Positions 56,066-64,000 of a DNA stretch of 64,000 bases are shown piece by piece. This DNA comes from Salinimicrobium sp. GTDB lineage: Bacteria > Bacteroidota > Bacteroidia > Flavobacteriales > Flavobacteriaceae. Below the pieces are notes generated by a model. That model did no database searches. It was given only the letters and a program-made list of their open reading frames with translations, and had not been told where the DNA came from. Within the stretch, counting starts at the first letter, position 1; each line of letters starts with the position of its first letter. The stretch lies in contig DASSWB010000026.1 of assembly GCA_035705495.1 (NCBI GenBank), positions 13,206-77,205 of the forward strand, in the 5' to 3' direction. Made by a program: the position numbers and the translations under genes.

Positions 56066-56231
56066 AAAATGAAATTGGAATTGTAAAGGTAAATTTTTAA
56101 TGCATAAATCCGAATCCAATTTTTCCAAATTGAAAAACGAACTCTTGATGCAGATTTTTAAGCTTATATTTGCAGACATAATTAAGGAGTAGAAATTCTC
56201 CAACCGAAAATTTGAAAAAGAAAGTTTGTTG

Positions 56232-56981
56232 ATGAAAGCAGTTTTTTCAGAAAAATATAAGGATCAAAAAGACGAGATTCATTCCCTTGTAAGAAATTTC
56301 GAAAACGAAGGAGAATTATTTGGAGCAGGAGACAGGAACCAGATAAAAATTTTTGAGCTGAATGGGAATAAAATCAATGTAAAAGCTTTTAAAGTCCCGA
56401 ATTTATTCAACAAAATCGTTTATAAATTTTTCCGACAGTCAAAAGCGGAAAGATCTTTTGATTACGCAAATCGACTTATTTCGAAGAACATAGGAACCCC
56501 GCATCCCATTGCTTATATTGAGGAGAAACGCTTGCTCGGGTTTGGAAAAAGCTATTATGTCAGTGAGCATTTAACTTATGACCTCACTTATCGGGAATTG
56601 ACAAAAGATCCAAATTATCCGAGAAAAGAAGAGATTTTGCGTGCTTTTACAAAATTTACTTTTCATCTCCATGAACAAGAAATTGAGTTTTTGGATCACT
56701 CTCCAGGAAATACGCTGATTAAATTCCACGATGCCGGTTTCGAATTTTTTCTTGTTGATTTGAACCGAATGAACTTCAGGCAATTGAATCTTGACGAAAG
56801 AATGAAAAATTTCTCACGTTTAACTTCGAAAAGAGAAATCGTGGAAATTATGGCAAATGAGTATGCGATATTGACTGGAAAACCGGAAAAGGAGATTTTT
56901 GAAAAAATGTGGTTTTACGTGAGTCGGTTTCAGGATAAATTCCGAAGAAAAAAACGTCTGAAACGGACTTTTAAAGTTTAA
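56232..56981 (+). CDS. lipopolysaccharide (Kdo/WaaP-family) kinase-like protein
   Basis: About 249 aa. FLDHSPGNTLIKF...FLVDLNRMNF resembles the catalytic and Mg loops of Kdo kinases. It sits within the LPS cluster. Confidence 0.55.
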   Translation: MKAVFSEKYKDQKDEIHSLVRNFENEGELFGAGDRNQIKIFELNGNKINVKAFKVPNLFNKIVYKFFRQSKAERSFDYANRLISKNIGTPHPIAYIEEKRLLGFGKSYYVSEHLTYDLTYRELTKDPNYPRKEEILRAFTKFTFHLHEQEIEFLDHSPGNTLIKFHDAGFEFFLVDLNRMNFRQLNLDERMKNFSRLTSKREIVEIMANEYAILTGKPEKEIFEKMWFYVSRFQDKFRRKKRLKRTFKV

Positions 56982-56990
56982 AAAACAATA

Positions 56991-57746
56991 TTAACTTCTT
57001 CCACGTCTTAAGAGCCAAAGCTTGGCGTATCGCATAAAAATTGCGTAGGCCTGAATATAACTTATTGTAAAACCAACCATCCCGTCCCTAAATCCGCTTT
57101 GGATAAAATAATGTTTTATAAATCCGTAAAAAGGTTTTATAACGACGTGAAAAATGGAGATTTTCCCTGTTTTTTTCTCGTAATCTTTCGCCTGCCAAGC
57201 CGCATATCTGTTCTTTTTTTCAATGTATTTGTCAAGCGTGACGTATGTATTGTGGTATAATCTGTTTTTTAGTTTTCCAACTTTTCCATCGGCAATAATT
57301 TCCGCATGAACCATTTTCTTCTCGTACCGACATTTACTTTTCCTGAAAAGTCTGATAACCTTGTCATTTTTCCAACCACTGTAATGGACTTTTTGACCCA
57401 TAAAATGATTGTTTCGGTAAATCCAATACCCTACAAACTCTTGCGGCGGATTTTTTAAAATCTGAAGAATCTCCTCCCGCAACTCAGGCGTCACTCTTTC
57501 ATCGGCATCCACAAGTAAAATCCATTCGTGTTGAGCCTGCGGAATGGTCCAATTCTTTTGAGAGGCAGAATTTTTGTATTCTCTTTGAAGTATTTTCGGC
57601 GAATATTTTTCGGCCAAAGCTACAGTTTCATCCGTACTGAAGCTGTCAACAACGATAATTTCATCAGCAAAAGAAACGCTTTCAAGCACTTCTTCTATGT
57701 TGTGGGCTTCGTTCCCAGTAGGTATTATTGCTGTAAGTTTTTCCAT
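56991..57746 (-). CDS. glycosyltransferase family 2
   Basis: 251 aa. LTAIIPTGNEAHNIE...IIVVDSFSTDET...LLVDADE. Confidence 0.8.
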   Translation of the reverse strand: MEKLTAIIPTGNEAHNIEEVLESVSFADEIIVVDSFSTDETVALAEKYSPKILQREYKNSASQKNWTIPQAQHEWILLVDADERVTPELREEILQILKNPPQEFVGYWIYRNNHFMGQKVHYSGWKNDKVIRLFRKSKCRYEKKMVHAEIIADGKVGKLKNRLYHNTYVTLDKYIEKKNRYAAWQAKDYEKKTGKISIFHVVIKPFYGFIKHYFIQSGFRDGMVGFTISYIQAYAIFMRYAKLWLLRRGRS

Positions 57747-57818
57747 GGATAATTGAGAAGGTAAAACTATTACGATTTTTATAAAATAAAAAGTTTATTT
57801 TTGTTCAAAATTTTTAGC

Positions 57819-58658
57819 ATGGCTCCTAAACCAAAAATTTCCGTTATTATAAGTACTTATAATGCTGTGGAATGGCTAAAAAAAACTTTATGGGGTTACA
57901 GCATTCAAACATTTCAAGATTTTGAAATTGTAATAGCAGACGATGGATCCACGAAGGAAACGGCTGAATTGATACAAAAGTTTTCCCAGGATTTAACCAT
58001 TCCTATTGTACATGTGTGGCATGAAGATCAAGGTTTTCAAAAATCGGCTATCCTCAATAAAGCAATAAAGGCCTGCTCCAGTGATTATGTTTTGATGAGC
58101 GACGGAGATTGTATTCCCAAGGCGGATTTTGTGGCGCAGCATATGCAAAACAGGAAAGAGGGATTTTTTCTTTCCGGAGGCTATTTTAAACTTCCAATGG
58201 ATATTTCTACCGCCATTACAAAAGAAAATATTCTGAAACAGGATTGTTTTAATATACTTTGGCTGAAAAGTGAGGGTTTAAAATCATCTTTTAAAAATAA
58301 AAAACTAACCGCAAGAGGTTTCGAAGCGAAATTTTTAAATGCCATTACGCCGACAAATGCCAGTTGGAACGGTCATAATTCCAGCGGCTGGAAAGCTGAT
58401 ATTCTTGCAGTGAACGGTTTTGACGAGCGCATGCAATACGGCGGACAAGATAGGGAGTTGGGCGAGCGTTTGTTCAATTTGGGCATTAAATCGAAACAAA
58501 TTAGATATAGTGCACTTTGTGTTCATTTGGACCATCCCAGAGGTTATAAAACAAAAGAATCTATTCAGAAGAATAAAGGAATCAGGTCTGAAACCCGCTC
58601 TCAAAAAAAATACTGGACTGAATTTGGAATAGAGAAGAAGCAAAAGCAGGAGAATTAA
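57819..58658 (+). CDS. glycosyltransferase family 2
   Basis: ATG 57819 (MAPKPKISVIISTYNA...). VIADDGSTKET and MSDGDCIP motifs. Confidence 0.8.
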   Translation: MAPKPKISVIISTYNAVEWLKKTLWGYSIQTFQDFEIVIADDGSTKETAELIQKFSQDLTIPIVHVWHEDQGFQKSAILNKAIKACSSDYVLMSDGDCIPKADFVAQHMQNRKEGFFLSGGYFKLPMDISTAITKENILKQDCFNILWLKSEGLKSSFKNKKLTARGFEAKFLNAITPTNASWNGHNSSGWKADILAVNGFDERMQYGGQDRELGERLFNLGIKSKQIRYSALCVHLDHPRGYKTKESIQKNKGIRSETRSQKKYWTEFGIEKKQKQEN

Positions 58659-58659
58659 G

Positions 58660-59472
58660 ATGAAGCTGAAAGAAATTCCACTTTCCCTGTTTACCGCATT
58701 TTCCTTAAGGTCGATTCCTGTTGAAAGTCTCAAATCTCATTCCGAACCCGCATTTCCAATAATTGTATCCCTGACCACGATTGAAAGTCGGTTGGATAAA
58801 GTCCACATTACAATTCGAAGTATTTTAGCACAAAAACGGAAACCTAAAAAAATCCTGTTGTGGATTCCTACAGAACTGAAAAATAAAATTCCGCAGTCGC
58901 TAAAAAAACTAACTGGCGATATTGTTGAAATTCATTTTTCACATTTACATTGTTCGCACAAAAAACTGATTCACAGCTTGAAATTACATCCTTCGGAAGT
59001 CATTGTTACATGTGACGATGATGTGATGTATCGAGAAAACTGGTTAAAAACCTTGTACAATAGCCATTTGAAATTTCCCAATGATGTCATTGCGCATCGC
59101 GTTCGTTGTATTCGTTACGAAAATGGGGAACTTTTACCTTACAAAAAATGGAGTTGTCAGGCTGACGTGAAACCAGAGGCTTTATTGCCCATTGGCGCAG
59201 AAGGCGTTTTGTATCCGCCCGAAACTTTTTCCGATGTTGTTTTTGATGAAAAGCTTTTCCTGAAATTGGCACCAAAAGCTGACGATCTATGGTTCAAAGC
59301 AGTTGCTTTATCAAACGATAAACGTGCCAGAAAGGCTGAAGAAAGCCCCGAGTTGGCAATTCCGCTAGCTGGAACGCAGAAAATTTCATTGAAAAAAGAG
59401 AATGTGGACGAAGACCGAAATCGAAAACAATGGAATGATTTAGCGCAGTATTTTGGGATTGATTTGAGGTGA
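58660..59472 (+). CDS. putative glycosyltransferase (DxD-containing, family unassigned)
   Basis: 270 aa. PIIVSLTTIESR...VTCDDDVMY. Starts 1 nt after the preceding GT2 stop. Confidence 0.4.
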   Translation: MKLKEIPLSLFTAFSLRSIPVESLKSHSEPAFPIIVSLTTIESRLDKVHITIRSILAQKRKPKKILLWIPTELKNKIPQSLKKLTGDIVEIHFSHLHCSHKKLIHSLKLHPSEVIVTCDDDVMYRENWLKTLYNSHLKFPNDVIAHRVRCIRYENGELLPYKKWSCQADVKPEALLPIGAEGVLYPPETFSDVVFDEKLFLKLAPKADDLWFKAVALSNDKRARKAEESPELAIPLAGTQKISLKKENVDEDRNRKQWNDLAQYFGIDLR

Positions 59473-59488
59473 TTTCATATCTACTACT

Positions 59489-60550
59489 TCACAAAAACTT
59501 TTTCAAGCGATCCGCAAACAATTCAGGTTTGAAAGCTTCATAAAATGCCGCAACGTTGCGTTTGATTTCTTTTTTTGATTTTCCCTCAAATAATTCCGGT
59601 CTAAATTCTCTCAAGTGGACGTTCAAATATTTCTCGCTGTTTTGATGTCCCCAAGCTTCTGCGCTTACCCAAGGTGAAAAAATGGCGAAAGTTTTTAAAT
59701 CCAAGGCTTTTCCGATATTGATGGCGCCGCCTTCATTGCCAATTACTGCTTCGCAAAAAGAAGTCAGTACGATGAATTTTCTTAAGCTCGGCGCATAAAA
59801 TTTTAAAATGACCGATTTTGTTTTTGGATCACATAAATGAATTAATTCTTCGACTTCCTTTAATTGCATCGGAATGTAATTCAATAGTAATTTTTTGTTT
59901 GGGTAAAAGCTGATGAAAGTGTCCAAAAATTTCGCCATATATTTCAGCGGATAGGTTTTTGAAGCTTCACTTCCCAAACAATTGACCATGACAAGTTCAT
60001 CGTTTTCAGAAAAATCCTCCTTTTTCAGAAGTTCCTGCATCTGAAGTTTTTCATCTTCGGAAATAAAAATTTTTGGAGCCAAATTGAGATCAATGGGAAC
60101 GTTCAAAGGTTTCAGAAACTCCAATCGGTTGTAAAATGCCTTTGGAATTTCCACGGAGATATCAGAGGTTTCAATTGAATTTGTATAAGCCCACTTCAAA
60201 TACCATTTTTTGAGTCCGATACGAATTTTGGCGTTTGTTTTAAAAGTTAAAAACGCACTTGAATTCTTCGAATAAACATCAATAACAATATCGTATTTTT
60301 TAGATTTTAGAAAAGAACCCAATTTCCAAAGCATGTGCACATTTTTCTCGGTTTTGACGGAAATGGTAATTAATTCATCAATAAAGGGGTTATTTTCAAC
60401 CACCGGAACACAATTTTGGTTCACGAGGTAATGTAATTCCGAAGTGGGAAATTTTGTCTTCAGTGCTTCAAACAAAATGGACGTTGTGAGTACGTCGCCA
60501 ATCATTTTCTGCTGAATGATCAATATTTTTTTTGGATCCAAATTTTTCAA
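59489..60550 (-). CDS. glycosyltransferase family 9 (LPS heptosyltransferase-like)
   Basis: 353 aa. KILIIQQKMIGDVLTTS N-terminus and C-terminal GNEGGAINIGKAL. Confidence 0.75.
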   Translation of the reverse strand: MKNLDPKKILIIQQKMIGDVLTTSILFEALKTKFPTSELHYLVNQNCVPVVENNPFIDELITISVKTEKNVHMLWKLGSFLKSKKYDIVIDVYSKNSSAFLTFKTNAKIRIGLKKWYLKWAYTNSIETSDISVEIPKAFYNRLEFLKPLNVPIDLNLAPKIFISEDEKLQMQELLKKEDFSENDELVMVNCLGSEASKTYPLKYMAKFLDTFISFYPNKKLLLNYIPMQLKEVEELIHLCDPKTKSVILKFYAPSLRKFIVLTSFCEAVIGNEGGAINIGKALDLKTFAIFSPWVSAEAWGHQNSEKYLNVHLREFRPELFEGKSKKEIKRNVAAFYEAFKPELFADRLKKFL

Positions 60551-60579
60551 CTCCGAAAATTGTTAGATTATTTTTTTTT

Positions 60580-61395
60580 TTACACCGCAACATCATATTC
60601 CCTCAAAGCATCATTCAATGAGGTTTTTTTGTTCGTACTTTCTTTTCGTTTTCCTATAATCAAGGCACATGAAACTTGATATTCGCCAGCTGCAAATTTT
60701 TTGGTATAACTTCCAGGTATTACCACGGATTTTTCAGGAACATATCCTTTAAATTCCTTGGGTTCTGTGCCTGTAACGTCAATAATTTTTGTAGATCCGG
60801 TTAACACCACATTGGCGCCCAGAACGGCTTCTCTCCCAATTCTTACACCTTCAACCACAATACTTCTGGAACCAATAAAAGCATTGTCTTCAATAATTAC
60901 CGGTGCGGCCTGTAAAGGTTCCAAAACACCGCCAATGCCCACGCCGCCACTTAAATGCACATTTTTTCCGATTTGTGCACAACTGCCGACAGTTGCCCAT
61001 GTATCAACCATGGTTCCTTCATCTACGTAGGCGCCAATGTTGATGTAACTCGGCATCATAACCACGCCTTTTGAAATATAAGCTCCGTGGCGCGCAACTG
61101 CATGAGGTACAACTCGGATTCCTTTTTCAAAATATCCGGTTTTTAAAGGGATTTTATCGTGGTATTCAAAAATACCGACTTCCATTTTCTGCATTTTTTG
61201 AATTGGAAAATAAAGCACAACTGCTTTTTTCACCCATTCGTTTACTTGCCAATCTTCCGAAGTTGGTTCGGCAACGCGCAATTTTCCGTCGTCTAAAAGT
61301 GAAATTACTTCTCTTATGGCATTGATGGTTTCAGTTTCTTTAAGTAATTCCCTGTTTTCCCAGGCTTCGTTTATGATGTTTTCTAGATGCTTCAT
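60580..61395 (-). CDS. dapD: 2,3,4,5-tetrahydropyridine-2,6-dicarboxylate N-succinyltransferase
   Basis: Hexapeptide-repeat LbH core and the conserved tail ...KTSLNDALRE. ATG 61395 (MKHLENIINEAWENR) is preferred to the tracked 61446. Confidence 0.85.
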   Translation of the reverse strand: MKHLENIINEAWENRELLKETETINAIREVISLLDDGKLRVAEPTSEDWQVNEWVKKAVVLYFPIQKMQKMEVGIFEYHDKIPLKTGYFEKGIRVVPHAVARHGAYISKGVVMMPSYINIGAYVDEGTMVDTWATVGSCAQIGKNVHLSGGVGIGGVLEPLQAAPVIIEDNAFIGSRSIVVEGVRIGREAVLGANVVLTGSTKIIDVTGTEPKEFKGYVPEKSVVIPGSYTKKFAAGEYQVSCALIIGKRKESTNKKTSLNDALREYDVAV

Positions 61396-61462
61396 TTCAG
61401 AAAATTTTTGGGTAAAGATAATAGCTTCAAGCCAAACGGCAGACAATTCTATACAGAAAGCT

Positions 61463-61470
61463 TATCTTTG
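61463..61470 (+). promoter_or_regulatory. candidate -7 box TATCTTTG upstream of ruvX
   Basis: TAnnTTTG match seen directly, 14 nt upstream of ATG 61485. No convincing -33 element was identified. Confidence 0.25.
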
Positions 61471-61484
61471 CACAAAATTGTGTG

Positions 61485-61892
61485 ATGGCAAGAATTTTGG
61501 CTTTGGATTACGGAACGAAACGAACCGGAATAGCGGTTACGGATGAATCCCAGATCATTGCGTCGGGATTGACAACCGTACCCACAACAGAGCTTTTTTC
61601 ATTTTTGAAAAAGTATTTCTCCGAAGAGAAAGTCGAGTTGGTTTTGGTCGGAGAGCCGAAACAAAAAGATGGTTCCGCTTCGGAAAGTGAGGCTGCGATT
61701 CAGGTTTTTCTTGAACAATTCGAAAAAGAATTTTCAACAATGAAATTGCAACGTGTGGATGAAAGATTCACATCAAAAATGGCATTCCAAACCATGATTG
61801 ACAGCGGACTCAAAAAAAATCAGCGTAAAAACAAAGCGCTTGTCGACGAAATTAGTGCGACAATTATTTTGCAATCGTATCTTTACAAGTGA
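61485..61892 (+). CDS. ruvX: Holliday junction resolvase-like protein RuvX/YqgF
   Basis: MARILALDYGTKRTGIAV N-terminus and DERFTS motif. Confidence 0.85.
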   Translation: MARILALDYGTKRTGIAVTDESQIIASGLTTVPTTELFSFLKKYFSEEKVELVLVGEPKQKDGSASESEAAIQVFLEQFEKEFSTMKLQRVDERFTSKMAFQTMIDSGLKKNQRKNKALVDEISATIILQSYLYK

Positions 61893-61953
61893 TGTCATTC
61901 AACATTTGTAATTTTTTATTTTATTAAGCATACAAAACATCAATATTAAAAGA

Positions 61954-62544
61954 ATGATTTTACCAATAGTAGCATATGGCGATCCGGTTTTAAAGAAGAA
62001 AGCCAAAGATATTCCTGAAGATTTTCCGCATTTGAAAGAATTGCTTGAAAATATGTGGGAAACCATGTACAATGCGTACGGAGTCGGTTTGGCGGCGCCG
62101 CAAGTGGGATTGCCCATTCGTTTGTTCGTTATTGATACTTCGCCTTTTGCGGAGGATGAGGATTTGCCCGAAGAAGAGCGGGAAGAATTAAAAGACATGA
62201 AAAAAGTATTCATCAATGCGAAAATCACTGCGGAAGAAGGTGATGAATGGGCGTTTAATGAGGGTTGTTTGAGCATTCCGGATGTTCGGGAAGATGTTTT
62301 TCGAAAATCCGATATTACTATTGAATACTTGGACGAAAACTTCGAAAAGAAAACGGAAAATTTCAGCGGATTGGCAGCGCGCGTTATTCAGCATGAATAT
62401 GATCATATTGAAGGAATTTTGTTTACCGATAAACTTTCCAGCTTAAAAAAACGTTTGATTAAATCGAAACTGACCAATATTGCAAAAGGAAAAATCAATA
62501 TTGATTATAGGATGCGTTTTCCAGAAGTTAAAAAAGGACGCTAA
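61954..62544 (+). CDS. def: peptide deformylase
   Basis: GVGLAAPQ, EGCLS and QHEYDH motifs. Confidence 0.95.
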   Translation: MILPIVAYGDPVLKKKAKDIPEDFPHLKELLENMWETMYNAYGVGLAAPQVGLPIRLFVIDTSPFAEDEDLPEEEREELKDMKKVFINAKITAEEGDEWAFNEGCLSIPDVREDVFRKSDITIEYLDENFEKKTENFSGLAARVIQHEYDHIEGILFTDKLSSLKKRLIKSKLTNIAKGKINIDYRMRFPEVKKGR

Positions 62545-62602
62545 TTTTTTTTGAAATTCATTGTAGGTATTGCATATTTGTGCAGCAAAATTGAAAATAG
62601 AA

Positions 62603-63217
62603 ATGGGATTGGATAAAATATTATCGATTACGGGAAAACCCGGATTATACGAATTAAAAGCACAAACCAGAGGTGGTTTTATTGCGGAGTCTTTATTGGA
62701 CGGAAAGAAAATATCGGTGAATCTGCGAAACAATGTGAGTATGTTGAGCGAAATCGCTATTTACACCATCACCGAAGAAGTGCCGCTTAGAGAAATTTTT
62801 CAGAAAATAAAAGAAAAAGAAAATTCCGGTCCTGCGATAAATCATAAGGAATCAACTGATAAATTAACCGCTTATTTTGAGGAAATCCTACCTGATTATG
62901 ATACCGACCGGGTGTATATGAGTGATATCAAAAAGGTATTTCAATGGTATAATTTACTCCAAAAGAAAGATTTAATGGATTTTTCTGATCCTGAAAAAAA
63001 TGAAAAGGAAACCGAAACTGATACGGAAAAATCAGAAAAGGTAAAAACGGAAGGAAAAACCGAAAAGCCAAAGAAAACTACCAAGGCGACGAAAGCCAAG
63101 AAAGCGGAAAAAACCGTTGATGCGAAAGAAAAAAAATTGGTAGAAAAAATGCCTGCAAAAGGTAAAAAGGCCGAAACAGCGAAAAAAGCAGCAGATAAAA
63201 AGAAGAAATCGGAATAA
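62603..63217 (+). CDS. DUF5606-like protein with a lysine-rich (histone-H1-like) C-terminal tail
   Basis: ATG 62603 (MGLDKILSITGKPGLYELKAQTRGGFIAESL...). Tail is KPKKTTKATKAKKAEKT...KGKKAETAKKAADKKKKSE. Confidence 0.6.
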   Translation: MGLDKILSITGKPGLYELKAQTRGGFIAESLLDGKKISVNLRNNVSMLSEIAIYTITEEVPLREIFQKIKEKENSGPAINHKESTDKLTAYFEEILPDYDTDRVYMSDIKKVFQWYNLLQKKDLMDFSDPEKNEKETETDTEKSEKVKTEGKTEKPKKTTKATKAKKAEKTVDAKEKKLVEKMPAKGKKAETAKKAADKKKKSE

Positions 63218-63237
63218 AGATTTTTTAAACATAAAAA

Positions 63238-63300
63238 GACCTGAAAAACACTTTTAGGTCGGCGGAAAATGAAGGCTGTTTTTACAGCCTTTTTCGTTTT
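63238..63300 (+). terminator. tandem hairpins; the second is a canonical intrinsic terminator (AAGGCTGT-TTTT-ACAGCCTT + T-rich tail)
   Basis: Read directly: GACCTGAAA...TTTAGGTC at 63238-63260, then the 8-bp stem at 63272-63291 followed by TTTCGTTTT. Confidence 0.7.
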
Positions 63301-63337
63301 ATAAATTCACAAAGTGTAATTTTATCAAAAACAAAAT

Positions 63338-64000
63338 ATGATGAATTCCAGAAAAGATCAATTAATGGCATTTGACAAATTGTTGACAATCATGGATGAA
63401 CTTCGGGAGCAATGTCCATGGGATAAAAAGCAAACTATGCTCTCTTTGAGGCATCTTACCATTGAAGAAGTTTATGAGCTTGGTGATGCCATTTTGGACG
63501 GAGATCAGGATGAAATCAAAAAGGAATTGGGCGATATTTTATTGCATATTGTTTTCTATTCCAGGATAGGCAGTGAGACAAATGATTTTGATATTGCTGA
63601 TGTGGCAAACAGCATTTGTGAGAAATTAATCAATCGGCATCCGCATATTTATGGCGATGTAAAAGTCGAAAATGAAGAAGATGTAAAGCGCAATTGGGAA
63701 AAATTAAAATTGAAAGAAGGAAAGAAAAGCGTTTTGGAAGGCGTTCCCAATTCTTTACCAGCTTTGGTGAAAGCCAGTAGGATCCAAGAGAAAGTTGCTG
63801 GGGTAGGATTTGATTGGGAAGAGCCACAGCAAGTTTTTGAAAAAGTAAAAGAAGAACTGGATGAGCTGCAACAGGAAATAAATATTTCGAATAAAGATGC
63901 AATTGAGGCCGAATTTGGCGATGTGCTATTTTCCATGGTCAATTATGCCAGGTTTTTGGACATCAATCCTGAAAATGCGTTGGAACGGACGAATAAAAAG
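63338..64000 (+). CDS. mazG: nucleoside triphosphate pyrophosphohydrolase MazG, 3'-truncated by window edge
   Basis: Hand-translated; absent from the ORF track because no stop lies in the window. MMNSRKDQLMAFDKLLTIMDELREQCPWDKKQT...EELGDILLHIVFYS...RHPHIYGD...EFGDVLFSMVNYARF. Frame is open for 221 codons to nt 64000. Confidence 0.85.
   Translation, partial: MMNSRKDQLMAFDKLLTIMDELREQCPWDKKQTMLSLRHLTIEEVYELGDAILDGDQDEIKKELGDILLHIVFYSRIGSETNDFDIADVANSICEKLINRHPHIYGDVKVENEEDVKRNWEKLKLKEGKKSVLEGVPNSLPALVKASRIQEKVAGVGFDWEEPQQVFEKVKEELDELQQEINISNKDAIEAEFGDVLFSMVNYARFLDINPENALERTNKK

Noticed and set aside
1-64000. Scan for rRNA, tRNA (T-loop GGTTCGAATCC-like motifs), CRISPR repeats, transposase or integrase genes, and prophage modules.
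   Set aside because: None found by eye. Intergenic spaces are short apart from those already described. A tRNAscan/Infernal run would be needed to exclude small ncRNAs.

Overview
Dense, low-GC chromosomal window from a Bacteroidota/Flavobacteriales-type genome. The taxon is inferred from two T9SS type-B sorting-domain cargo proteins, Bacteroidota-typical DUF families and TAnnTTTG-like -7 boxes; a Chryseobacterium-group/Weeksellaceae origin is plausible but unproven. About 55 genes are recognisable, mostly housekeeping: sucC, cysH, aroE, purA, fur-like, relA/spoT, glmM, acpH, uvrB, ctaA, cca, tsaC, dapD, ruvX, def and mazG. An LPS/polysaccharide cluster runs from about 51.8 to 60.6 kb (GT4, GT2 and GT9 enzymes, a Kdo-kinase-like protein, a cytidylyltransferase-HAD fusion). 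I found no rRNA, tRNA, CRISPR array, transposase or integrase. The clearly accessory segment is a plus-strand island of about 5 kb (16.5-21.6 kb) between the minus-strand relA/spoT and M48 protease genes. It is bracketed by a duplicated 3' end of the M48 gene. It carries a frameshifted lipoprotein with an HExxH motif, then five tandem small exported proteins that look like distant paralogues. It also holds an orphan copy of the HExxH protein's C-terminus and several recombination scars. This layout resembles a polymorphic effector/immunity (or protease/periplasmic-inhibitor) locus, but none of the families is recognisable to me. A second locus worth checking is a convergent, 3'-overlapping pair: a 787-aa GAF protein and an HD phosphohydrolase fused to a Pycsar-effector-like (DUF5706/PycTM-like) membrane module, with no cyclase nearby. 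All family assignments come from motif recognition by eye; no searches were run.
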